From Lobosporangium transversale (taxonomy: Eukaryota), in assembly GCF_002105155.1 (NCBI RefSeq), contig NW_019028981.1, positions 124,001-188,000 on the forward strand: DNA of 64,000 nucleotides. The letters are read 5' to 3'. This document shows, one piece after another, positions 49,478 to 61,859 of this stretch. The position numbers and the translations under genes were made by a program. A model generated the notes under the pieces. The model made no database searches. It was not told where the DNA came from and saw only the letters and a list, made by a program, of their open reading frames with translations. The number at the start of each line of letters is the position of its first letter. The first letter of the stretch is position 1.

Positions 49478-50548
49478 ATGCTAGCTCGAACTGGCTTAAA
49501 GTACCCTTCCAAACTACATAGCGAGAAGGTTGCCTCGTATCTCTCGGACAAAGCCCGCAAGGACGCCATTATTCTTGCCAAAGGCACTGAGGTCCAGTGT
49601 AGAGACAATACTGACACAGAGCTTGAGTTTCGGCAAGAGAGCAACTTCTTTTATCTCACAGGCGTCCAGGAAGCCGACTATTACTTTATTTATGACCTTT
49701 CTCGTAAACAATCCTATTTGATTGCCCCAGATCTCGACCCCATCAAGGCTGTTTGGAAAGGTCCAGATCCTACAGATGAGGAGTTGCTGCGGAAATACGA
49801 TGTGGATTATGTGGTTCGATACTCTGGATTGCTGAGTCTACTCAAGAATAAGCTGCGGCCCAAGAAAATCCATGGATGGGGTCGGCCAGAGAAGGGACGC
49901 CCTCTTGGTGACAAGAAAATAGAACATGAACTCGAACATTACATCTCTCATCGCTTAGTGCGATCCAAACATGAATCCCATAAAGGTGAAGGGCACTTCC
50001 CTAATCATCGTCCCCATCGTCCACACCATCATGGACCCTATGGTGATCACAACGGCCACCGGTGTGGTTACGAGCGTGTTGATCTTCGCTCTGACCATGA
50101 CGACTGCAAAAAGCCAGAAGACCCAAAGGAAGTCACTCTATTTGAGGCACTAATCCTCGCCCGTATTAATAAGACACCTATTGAGATTGCCCTTTCACGC
50201 GAATCGGCTCGCATCACCTCAGATGCCCACCGTCTTGTCATGGAATCTGCTCGTGTTGGAATGTTTGAGTATCAACTGGAGGCTCTCTTCCAGTATGAAT
50301 GTGCACGTCAAGGAGCCAAGGCCCAGGCGTATCTTCCGATTGTGGGTACAGGGGTTAATGGTGCTTATTTGCACTATACCAGAAACGACACTCAGATTAA
50401 GGAGGGTCAATTAATTTTGATTGATGCCGCTTGTGAGGTTGATTGTTATGGATCCGATGTCACGAGAACCTTCCCAGTCGATGGGAGCTTCAGTAGTAGA
50501 CAAGCTGCTATCTACATTCTGGTCTGGGAAATGCAAACTGTAAGAGTG

Positions 50549-50582
<34 letters not shown>

Positions 50583-51444
50583 ATTATTGTTGTCATTATT
50601 CTTAACGCCGAATGTCATGCAATAAACAAATTATAGACTGTTATTCGTTCAATGTCGAAGGGCGTTAAATGGAGCGACATGGCTATATTGGCTCAAAAGA
50701 TCGGCATCCGCGGCTTGAAGCACCTTGGTATTCTCAAGGGTGATGACCAAGAGCTTTTTGAAAGCAATATCATCAAGGTATTCTATCCCCATGGCCTGGG
50801 CCATCTTTTAGGTCTAAATGTACATGATGACGGGCTCGGTCTTGAGGTCCAGCGTCCACCAAAGGAAGCTGTACAGGCACTGCAGGAAAGCCGGAAGGAT
50901 TTGCAGGTCGAATTTCATGATGTCTCTGGCGAGAGACAAGGTCATCTTTATTCAAAAGAGTTGCCTCCACCTTCCAGCCGCAGAAACAAGGCTGTGGGCT
51001 CCTTGTTCTATGCTACTCCGTCGACTACTTTGGAGCCTGGAATGCTGCTGACAGTTGAGCCTGGGATTTATTTCAACCCCGCACAGATCGAATACGCGCT
51101 CCAGAACCCGTTGTTCAAAGATTTCTTGGATGAGCAGGAATTACGTCATTACATGTCTGTGGGAGGGGTACGGATCGAGGACGTTGTCTTGGTATTACCC
51201 GATGGCTCTATTGATAATCTCACAACGGTACCCAAGGAACTTGTTGCAATTGAGAAGATTGTCCAGGAAGGTCAGAGCAAGTATAAAAAGCGTCAGAATT
51301 TGGAACAGAATCATCCTCTCTCAGAGAAAATGAAGCCTCAAAAAGCGAAAAAAGGCTCTGAGAGTGCGAGTGAGTCCTCGTCTGGAAGAGACGCCAAGAA
51401 GCGCATCGGTGTATTCAGTAGATTACTGCGCGCTATTCGCAATA

Positions 51445-51479
<35 letters not shown>

Positions 51480-51536
51480 CAGGCAAGTGGCAAGAGCGCG
51501 TTTCCCACGATAGATATAGGAGCATGTAAAGGATAA
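49478..51536 (+). CDS. Xaa-Pro aminopeptidase/prolidase (peptidase M24B); intron ~50540-50636; 3' end uncertain
   Basis: FRQESNFFYLTGV, LHY, LIDAACE...SDVTRTFP, YPHGLGHLLGLNVHD, TVEPGIYF and GGVRIED. Confidence 0.92.
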
Positions 51537-52785
51537 AAAAAGGGGTGATATCAATATAAGCAACAGTAATAATTTAATCATGGTATGTGAATCGAAGGTT
51601 CGTTTTAGATCCTTCCCAGAATCTATTAGGCCTCAAATGAGCGTTTGAGCGAACTGGATATGGTTAATTGAAAGACTCTTGAAAGAGGAACTTGTCAAAA
51701 GAGCTAAAAGATAAAAGCCTGTGATTGGGAAGATGCATGAACATCTAAAGTACACATCCATTTAATGCGAACTGTATATAGTCTCCTTGTCGATGTTTGT
51801 ATGTTTTTTTTTTGTCATCACAAGCCATGCACGCTTTGACCGAGGTCAAAAGATATAAGGGTGATAGTTAAACAATGTTGACATGCGCATTGCACGAATA
51901 AGAAATAAGAAAATTCAGGAGGAATAAAAAGGCACAGGGCAGAGGAAGATGCAGATGCGCGCAAAAAGAGAGTGATGAAATGAAGATTGTTCTTGTCCGT
52001 TTGGCCAACTTCTTGGGATTGATGACATGCATGAGCATGGATAGGAAAGTAAAGAAAAAAAAAAAAAAAGATGGCCAATGATTAGATTGCTACATCGTGT
52101 GTTTAACAGTGGGTACCAGATGCGCATGTTTACAATGAGGACATGTGCGCGATTAAAAAAAATGCCTCACTTGACTGTCCAAAAAAAAAAAAAAAAAAAG
52201 TCCAATGATGGTTTTAAGACACACGACATGTTGGAGTGTGGAGTGTGGAGTGTGGAGTGTGAGTGGGCGAGTGTGTTGAATTGCTTTTTCTCTCTTTTTC
52301 TTTCTTTCTTTCTTTCTTGTCCCCTCCACTGCAAAAAAAAAAAAATACATATATATATATTTTATCTTTTCTTTTTCTTTCTTTCTACTTTCTAGCAACA
52401 TCTTACGACCTTGTCATTGTTCATCCTTTGTGGACCTAATTACTACACAACTCTTTTTGCAGCTCATTTGTCATCATCCTTCTTGTAGCTTCATAAATAT
52501 ATTTTACAAGCTCTCTCTCTCCTCTCCAATCTTCTCCCTTTCTCTTTCTCTCAAACATACAAACACCCAACTTGCTCTTACCCCTGTACACATTTTCTTT
52601 TAATCCTAACCGCCTCACTTTCCCTCCATCTTTTTGCTTTCACACACTCTCTCTAGAACTTTGCCTGTTCGCTTGTAAATATTTGTATCATATCTTTCTT
52701 TTTTGTGCACCACATTCCATTCTTTTTTTTTTTTTTTTCTTTTTTTTCTTTTTTTTTTTTTTTTAAACGCTCCATATAATCAACC

Positions 52786-54519
52786 ATGGTCACCTTCTCA
52801 ACTGATTACTGGGCTCCTGCTATGGAGGTGAATGTCCGCCGACGGACCGAGAAACCATCCTATCATATCAGCAATAACCCTCTTTCAACTCAGAACCTCT
52901 TCACTCATGAAAACAACTGGAACACCCTTCGACAGGTCCCCACGATTGACTCCTCCAACTCCTCAACCAGTATCGGAGTCGTTGATCAGGTCGCTTTGAA
53001 AAAGACATTCCACCCCAGTAGCAACACCAACACCAACAGTAAACCTACACCATTACCAGTCCCTACAAAGAAGCACACATTTATTCACAAGATCTTTCAT
53101 CATGAGCCTAAATCAAACTCAACCAGTCCACCTGCTTCGCCCGACCAACGAACCAACCCACTTGAGGAGGATCCTTATTTGTTATCCAGCTCTGCTCCTT
53201 GGGAAAAGAAGAACGTCTTCAATCTGGCTAACGTTCTCCATCGGGGTGCTTCTTCCAATTTCGGAAGTGATCGAGCCGCCTTGGCAGGGACTGGCACACC
53301 AGACCCTCATGCGCTCAAGAAAGCAGTTGATTGTACATTACTCAAGAAGTATGGACTCTGTGACAAGGGAAACATCGGCCAGGGCGCCACGGCAGTAGTG
53401 CGCTTGGCCCACAAGCTCTCATCTCAGGACGATTCCGAAAAGTTGTATGCAGTCAAAGAGTTTCGAAAGCGCAGAAAGAACGAGTCTGAGAAAGAATATG
53501 TCAAAAAGTTGACTAGCGAGTTCTGTATCTCGTCAACGCTACATCATGAGAATGTTGTGGAAACTGTTGATCTTGTTCAGGATGAACAACAACATTGGTG
53601 TGAAGTGATGGTAGGTCTCTCATTTATTTTATTGTACTTGTTTTATTTAGTCCATTTGAGAAGGATGCTCTCAGCAAGTATTATTAGATACTTCCACGTG
53701 TCTGATCCGAGATGATGACATGATTTTCAGAAAATAAGACTATGACGATCAGCACGTCAACATTCCTGACTTCCCACACCTGAGAGTGTTTGGGCCATCC
53801 TATTTCTATTTCAACCTCTGAGCTAGTTTTACGTTGGACGAAAAAAAAAAAAAAAAAAAAAAAAAAATCTAATTATGATCTGTTGTTTCTCATAGGAATA
53901 TTGCTGTGGCGGTGATTTGTATAATGCCATTAAGCACGGTCAGATGTCCAGGGTCGAAATCGATTGCTGTTTCAAGCAGCTCATGAATGGTGTCGCATAT
54001 CTTCATTCCATGGGCGTAGCACATAGAGATATCAAGCCCGAGAACTTGCTACTAGATGGCAAAGGCAAACTCAAAATTACGGACTTTGGTGTCTCTGACG
54101 TTTTCCGGATGTGTTGGGAAAAGACACCACATCTTTCGAAGGGTCTTTGTGGATCAGAGCCCTACATTGCTCCAGAAGAGTTCAAGAATAAAGAGTACGA
54201 TGCTCGTCGAGTCGACATTTGGGCTTGTGGTATTGTCTATTATTGTATGGTTTACCAAGGCATTCCCTTCCGTTCTGCCACGGCTCAAGACCCTAATTAC
54301 CAACATTTCCTTGAAATGCGTGGCGTCAACAACTATGAACCTTTTGAGAAGCTACCTGTGGGCTGTCGAAAGTTGATGAAGAGAATTCTAGACCCCAATC
54401 CTGAAACCCGAATCACAATAGAAGAAATCATGGAGGATGAATGGTTCAAGAGTATTGAGACATGTATCCATGGTGAAAATCAAAACCCTCATCGTCACTC
54501 ATCTTCGCCAAGTTCGTAA
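52786..54519 (+). CDS. Ser/Thr protein kinase of the HAL5/NPR1 family (HRK1/RTK1-like); intron 53611-53895
   Basis: IGQGATAVV, YAVKEF, YVKKLTSEFCISSTLHHENVVETVDL, HRDIKPEN, DFG and GLCGSEPYIAPEEF. Confidence 0.92.
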
Positions 54520-54675
54520 GAAATAGAAGAACAAGAGTGGAAATGCATAACTCTTCAAAAGCGTTTCTCTCACCGAATAAAGAAGGTTCTGTGATGTTTA
54601 TTTCCTCATTTAAGTACAATATTTATACAGCTGGTAGCCCCTACATGCACACTTTTTTTTTTTTTTTTTTTTTTT

Positions 54676-56073
54676 TTACAATAAGAAAGCAGCAGCAAAG
54701 GAAGGGACAGGATTTCCAGTGACTTCTGGCAAGCTGAAGCCAACGCCTGAAAGCTGCTCAGCTGAAGCAGCAATGTCGACATGAGTGTAGGCGATTTGAT
54801 CCCTCTTCTCCTTGTCTAAACCAAACTCACAAAGCCCTGAGGCAACGGACATAAATGCCATGGGGTACTGATGGCCGCGGGGGGTATCACTTGATGACTT
54901 GTCGTTGGCTTGGACAACATCCTCAGCTGAAGACCCGGGCATGACATACGCATAGTCCTCTCGCCGAAGGGTTGAGATTTCAAAAGGATCACCCAAAATG
55001 TGACCACCGGCTTGAATGCGAGGACTGATGTTGGCCTTGCGAGCGGGTCCGTTGTCGAGGCAAATACCATAGGGACCATAAGCTCGAATGGCGTGGCCTA
55101 TTTGCGATAACAAGATGAACGCAATTGTCATGTGAATAACAATGGTTCTTCTCCGAGCTACCACTTTCTAAATGTTCCTGAAGATAAACAAACTACATAA
55201 AACTTACCTGTCAAAGTGGCGACAGTGAAAAGACGTGAGGGAATATTGATACCGTCCTTGCGATTAGCCAAGACAAGTTCTTTGCATTCACAAAGTGGAT
55301 CAGTCATTACCATGCGTCCCTCAGCATCGGTGTTGCCGACAAGAACGCGAAGCCCAGCACGAGAGTAAAGGACCTCATCACTAACATAAGCGTTCGAACC
55401 TACAGAGTTGCGTACCAAACCCAGAATGGCAGTGACATTAACATGCTTAGGCTTTAGTTCGGCAACAGTGGCCATGAATCCTGCAACAGCAGCAGCACCA
55501 CATTTGTCGCGAGACATTCCTCTCATGATACCACCAGCCTTAATATCAGCTCCACCAGTATCATAGGTGACTCCTTTTCCAACAAAGTAGAGGCTTCAAA
55601 CACAAAATATAAAGGATAAACATTAGATGAAGGTTCAATTTGTAAAAAAATAAAGTGCCATTGTTTGTGTTAATTGCTTACTTTTCCTTAACCATGGATG
55701 GCTCTGCTGACTTGTACTCGAGTTTGACAACACGAGGAAAGTGTCTGGGAACTATACAAGATTGAATCATCAAAGAGTACACCATCGTTGTTAATAAAAA
55801 AATAGTTGACTACATTGTCAGAAGATTAGGCTTCATTATCTTTCTTTTTTTTTTTATCAAATACCAGACAAGGAGCAGCGGGACACTGCGTGAAGGAGAG
55901 GATATTCCTTCTGGATAACATTAATGTCTTCTACAACAGTCAGTTTGATATCCGATTTGGGTTTGAAGTAGCACTCCACATACTCTGTGAACTTGATAGG
56001 AGTCATGCGCTCGCAGTTGGGACTTCCAAGATCTAGAATGCCATTTTTTTTTTTTCATTTTGATTAAGGTACA

Positions 56074-56106
<33 letters not shown>

Positions 56107-56738
56107 CGCACGCTTTGAACATTCAGAATTGAGGGTTTGATTACTGGCTCATTCATACCTTTGGCAACACGGCGACCTAATTCAATAGCACTGACAAATT
56201 GAATGCGTTCGTCCGTGAGTTCAGAACTGGTGGAACTAAGGACACCGATCTTTTGAATTGTATATTGGCTCTTGCCAATCTTCTCATAATGTTCACGGAC
56301 ATCAATAGGATCAAAAACAGCGCTCAGCGCGCCCAATAGGGAAACCTCGATATACTTTACATAATCGCCCTCAGCATCATCACCATCGATCTTATAAGGG
56401 AAATAGATGAGAGGGGCCACAGCACCAGCAGCCTGAGCACGTTTCATAGCAGCCTTGGTTGTCTCCTGAAACTTGCGCACGTCATCCGAGTCGCCATTGA
56501 GGGACCCAGTGGGGGCCAAAATCAGGCGGCCACCAGCAACGTTCGGGTCAGGAACTACTGTTAGGCTCGAGCCAAAGTCTTTGTCAATCGCACTGTAAGC
56601 ATTAAGGGAGAGGTCTGAAAGAAGGTCTTGAGAAACCTTTGGATAGACTGCAATAACAGCGTCAAACTGACTACCGCTGCCTGAGGAAGTGAGGTCAGCG
56701 GAGGAAGCAGAGACAATGGCTGGGAGAGCAAGAGTCAT
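54676..56738 (-). CDS. Second M17-family aminopeptidase, divergent subfamily; multi-exon
   Basis: FVGKGVTYDTGGADIK, MSRDKCGAAAVAGF, NTDAEGRMVMTD, VATLTGHA and YTHVDIA. Confidence 0.9.
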
Positions 56739-57471
56739 GGTGAGGGAAATGATGAATGAATGATGAAAAAAGAAAAAAAATGAAAGACACCCCCTTTTTG
56801 TGTTTTCTTTTGGACCAAGGATTGTGCAGCCACAGTTTATATTCCCAAGGATTGCTTCAACTGCAGTAATTGCATTTGTACATCAATGGGCGGAGTTGAG
56901 CATTCATGAAATATGAAAATTTTTGTTTCTCTTGTTGGTGGGAAATCTCGCCAAAAATGGATTGTGGATGGGGTCATTGGGACTATGATCCTTTTACACT
57001 GTGCATGTTCATGTACCATTTTTTTTCTAAAAAAAATCAAAAGAAAGTAAGATAGTGTTTCTTATGTCCGTTGTTCCATTATATCCAATAGCTGCTGGCT
57101 GCTGGCTGCTGGCTGCTGAACAGAGCCTCTGTTCATTTGCTGTATACAAACGGGACTTACATTTGTACTGGTTTTTAGCAGTCTTAAAGACTTCATCTAG
57201 ACATTGGAAGATACCGCACGCACCAAAGCCCTTGCTTGGTTGATAAAATAAAATCTATGCTCAGGATGTTGGTATAAAATTGATGCAGAAGCACGCGCGA
57301 ACATGTGACGTGTTCTTTGGGGAGAACGTGACCCTTTGTGAGCACCACATTGGCATGAATGACACGGTCAAGAGCGTTTTTACTCCCTTTTTTCTCTTCT
57401 CAGCTTTCCAGTCAGCGTACTATCACCATCACAAAAAAAAAAAAAAGAAAAACGAACATCGCTTATTGACC

Positions 57472-59326
57472 ATGAACCTCAGCTCCAGGGGAAGCGACTT
57501 GCTCTTCATTAACTTCAACCAAGACTTCAGGCATGTTGCTTGGTGAAGCGATGCTATACTGAATGAAGCTTTCTGTCTTTTTGACCGCGTTCTTTATGCT
57601 AACTATTTACACATTTTTTTTATATTTATTGGACTGCGATCCTCTTTTTATCCTCTTCTTGAACAAAAAAAAAAAAAAAAAAAAAAAAAGCTGTATTTCA
57701 GTGGGAACAATACATGGATTCAAGATCTACAATTGTGACCCGTTCGGGAAGTGCTATTCGAGATGTATGTATTCATGGATTGGAAGCCTCATACCTGTGG
57801 TTGATTTCACGCTTCTTAGGTGGGATGATATTAAAAATTAAGCAACATCTCTTATTTATTTTTTATATTTTTTTCGCCACTGGTAAATGTTCATGGTTTC
57901 AAATAGCGGACAGCTCCATAGGCATTGTCGAGATGCTCTTTTGCACTTCGCTTGTTGCTATTGTGGGTGCTGGAGACCAACCAGTGTCATCACCAAGAAG
58001 ACTGCAAATAATCAATACAAAGGTAAATGAAAACAGATTGTAGCCTTAGGATTGTAGCTCTAGGATTGTAACTCCTTTTTGTTCTAGGGCCTTCTTTCTA
58101 TATCCTCACTTCATCATGCGACATCTTTTTTTACAAGAACTGACAAATTACCTTTTTCTTTTTTTAATTTTTCCATTTTTTTCGTTACTCACGTACTATT
58201 GAAATCTGCAGCGCCAATCAACTATCTGCGAACTTACGTTTCCGACCTCCATTCTTTCAGTTAAACTCAACAGGAAGCGCCTCATCGTTGTTTTGGAAGA
58301 TCAGATCTATGTTTACGACATCAGCAACATGAAACTACTGCACACAATTGAGACAAGTCCCAATCCCAATGGTAAATTACTCTGTTCAACATAACATTCG
58401 ACGCCAAAACATGTTGACTATGTTTATTTTCTGGCAGAAAAATTAGGATGCATTACTCTATCTCACATATATCGGTGTTATATCAATAGCCATTTGCGCG
58501 TTGTCACCATCTAGTGACAACTGCTACCTCGCTTACCCATCCCCGACCCCCTCACCAACCTCGCCCTTCCATAACAATGGACGAGACGACTCGCATGGAC
58601 CATCAGGGGACGTTTTGATTTTCAACGCGCTGACACTTCAGGTTGTTAACATTGTACAGGCACACAAGACATCAGTCTCCAACATTTCGATCAACTTTGA
58701 TGGCACTATGTTGGCAACAGCAAGTGACAAGGGGACAGTCATTCGAATCTGGTCCATACCAAATGCTCAGCGACTGTACCAGTTTCGAAGGGGTTCACAA
58801 TCAGCACGGATTTATTCACTTTCATTCAATATGGCCAGCACGTTGCTTTGTGTTTCTAGTGATACAGATACGGTACATATCTTCAAGCTGGGAGGATCAA
58901 GCTCCAGCAATAACCAACGGAATGGAGGCTTGCTGACAGGATCCTTGGACATGTCAAAAGGCGGAGGAGTGGCGTAAGTACACGTTTCTTTTCTTTATTC
59001 TATTTGATTCTCGATTTAACGGGCTTGGAGGAATATTGTGTCTGATTTAGTTCAAAGCAAAGGGTAGAAGGAGATAATCTGGAATCTGACTTTTTTTTTT
59101 TTTTTTTTTTTTTCAATATAATTATAAATACACACCTTGAATAGCTCGGTGATTCGTCGACAATCAATGCATTTTGGAAGAAACCTTGCAGGAAGTGTTG
59201 GTTCATATCTGCCAGGAGCAATTACGGAAATATTTGAGCCTTCCCGTGATTTTGCATATCTGAAATTGCCGAGCGCAGGAGTGCAGAGCGTTATTGCATT
59301 GAGCAAGTAAGTTTTGTGACCAGTTC

Positions 59327-59361
<35 letters not shown>

Positions 59362-59671
59362 GATTACTGATCGCCTCTTGTACTTTTTTCTTTTTCTTTA
59401 AAACCCTCGCAGTACGACGCCACAGGTCATGGTCGCAACATCAGATGGATATCTTTACCAGTATAACATCGATCTTGAGAATGGTGGACAGTGTGTACTT
59501 TTGAAACAATATAGGTATGGAACTGGAGTCGCTGAACACCATTGCCTACATGTAAAATGCTTAAAGTATGAATAGATCAATGAGTGCTTACTATAGTTTA
59601 TTTCCTATCGACTTAGTTTACTGGAGTCATCAGAGGAATCAAATGACCTCCATGACCAAAAACCCCGATGA
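57472..59671 (+). CDS. ATG18: Autophagy protein Atg18 (PROPPIN WD40); multi-exon
   Basis: [65 protein letters not shown], the phosphoinositide-binding YQFRRG motif, and [12 protein letters not shown]. Confidence 0.95.
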
Positions 59672-59904
59672 AAAGAGTAACAGCACTGATGTATATATTA
59701 CAAGTGCAATCCAATGTGCGTAAACAGAAAAAAAAAAAAAAAAAGCTTTGCAAGTAAAAGCTTGAACAGATTGAAATATAATACTCATTTAATAACTTCC
59801 CGAAAAAAAAAATAAAAATAAAAAAGATAAATAAAACATTTAATTCTAATATTTTGCATGAGTAGTTAAAATAGTTGCCTTTTATTAAAAAATCTTTTTG
59901 CTTT

Positions 59905-61362
59905 TTAAGGGAAGAGATTAATGAGATCAGCAAAGTCAGAGCCGACAGCGATTTCGGAGGCGCCGAGAGCAAGACTTGCGGTGGACCAGTCAGCAAAGTG
60001 CTGATCACTAGAAGGACCGATGGTGACGATAGGGAACCAGTTGAGTTCGATTGGGAGCTTCTTGTTGGCCCTTGCGTAGTTAGTAATTTCGGTCCAGAGT
60101 GCCTTCTTATCGGCGGTGAAGGGGCCTTCGAGTTGGACTGTGAAGGTGGCCTTGGTGGAGCTGCTGCCAGTGGTAGAGAACTTGGCTGTGTTGATGAAGC
60201 GGAAGAAGACAGATCCAGAGGCAGTGTCTGAGACACCGGGAGCAATGGCAACATAGTTAGGGCTGAGGCCATCGTTGTCCGTGACCATGGAGATGCCGTA
60301 TCCATAGTAAGGCGATTGGAAGTTGGCGCTGATCTCGACAATGTAATCATCCTTGGTGGAAGGGAGGACCTTGAGGGACCAGTCCTTGTAAGGTGCCTGA
60401 GAGGGAACAAGGCCTTGGAATGCTACAGGAATGGTCAATGTAGACTTGACAGCAGCCAAGCCAGCGTTAAGAGCAGGGTTCTTGGATGATTCGGCATAAC
60501 CAGACAAGGTGAGGACACCATCATGAGTGTAAAGTCCACCCAGGAAGTTACGGCCAGCTTCGAGGGATTGATCGAGGTAGGTATCTGAAAGGAGGTAGTT
60601 GTCGCCGGGGACGAGGACCAGATCTTTGACGGCAGAATAACCGAGAGTACCCTCTGGGGAGGCTGTACTGAACTGAACATCGCCAAGCTTGAGGCTCAAC
60701 GAGCTGGGGTTGAAAATGTTGATGACGGAGCTCATGCCGAGGTAACCAGGCTTGTTGGCGTTGGTGTCAATGAAGTAAACGTACTTGGTCTGGCGGAGAT
60801 TGTCCAAGCCTTTCAGAGGTGTCGTGGCCTTGAAACCAACGCCAGGAATAGTCATGGTGCCAAAGATACCAAGGTTCAACTTGATATCAACAGCACCCTT
60901 CAATGTAATAGAGCGGGAAGCTGAGGTCGAAAGAGCACTCACAAAGTTGGTGAAAGCAGTGCGAGAGTTTGTGAAGACGTTCAAAGGTGAGGGCCCGAAT
61001 GATGTGCTCAAGGTGCTGCCCTTGACACTGGCTGCACCCCAAGGGGTTTCAATGCTACCGATCTCGACGCCATTGTCCTATTCATCAATAATAATAATAC
61101 GGAGTTAGTGTTTTTCAATAATAGCAAAAAATCAAAAAAAAATAAAAAAATAAAAAATTCAATCTGAAAAAAGGCCTTACAATAAGAATGATATGCTGGC
61201 GAACGGAGGTGATGGGAAGAGAGATTCCAGGGATGCCAAGCATGGTGGCGACAATGCTGTTGGAGGAAGTAGTAGGAACCCATGGGTTGGGACCAGTGAA
61301 ATCCATAGACATCTGGTTGATGGTAATGCTACGGATCAAACCAAGGTCGACCTGTGTAAAAA

Positions 61363-61394
<32 letters not shown>

Positions 61395-61506
61395 AGAGTA
61401 CATGAAGTATTTAGTCTTCTTTACTTCCTGTGCGGTTCGCTCAGCTCATACATCCCATTGTAGTAATTGATGTCAAGGTGTTAAGCAATTTAAAAGAAAA
61501 AAAAAA

Positions 61507-61539
<33 letters not shown>

Positions 61540-61859
61540 GTACGGCAACTGCAGCCTTGCATTGACTTGGCCATGCTCCTGTAAAGATAAGACTATGATA
61601 AGAGACATTGTTCAATTGTGGGTAATTAGAAAACCGTTAATGCGACATACAACGTGTTAACTGTGGGAAACCTTCGGAAAGGCTCTAAGAAAAGGACCGC
61701 TTAGACCGTAAAATGAACGAATGGAAGGGAAACCTACCCGACGAAGCAGGCGATGATGCGGTCAGAGGCCGCGTCACGCTTCTCAACATTAACTGGAGCA
61801 GCCACAGCAACCGAGGCAGCAATGGCACCAAGAGCAATAACCTTCAATGAGAATCTCAT
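59905..61859 (-). CDS. Secreted beta-rich protein, DUF3712-like; multi-exon
   Basis: Signal peptide MRFSLKVIALGAIAASVAVA followed by the Kex2-like site VEKR. Segments FTNFVSALSTSASRSITLKGAVD, LKGLDNL, INIFNPSSLSLKLGDVQF and LVLVPGDN resemble fungal DUF3712/LEA_2-like repeats (recognised from memory). Confidence 0.7.

Noticed and set aside
52233..52262. Short heptamer repeats (GGAGTGT)x4; also (GCTGCTG)x4 at ~57091-57118
   Set aside because: Simple low-copy tandem repeats with no evidence of function.
59613..60410. 265-aa minus-strand ORF overlapping the secreted protein and the ATG18 3' end
   Set aside because: Alternative-frame shadow of a codon-biased gene that runs on into T-rich UTR.
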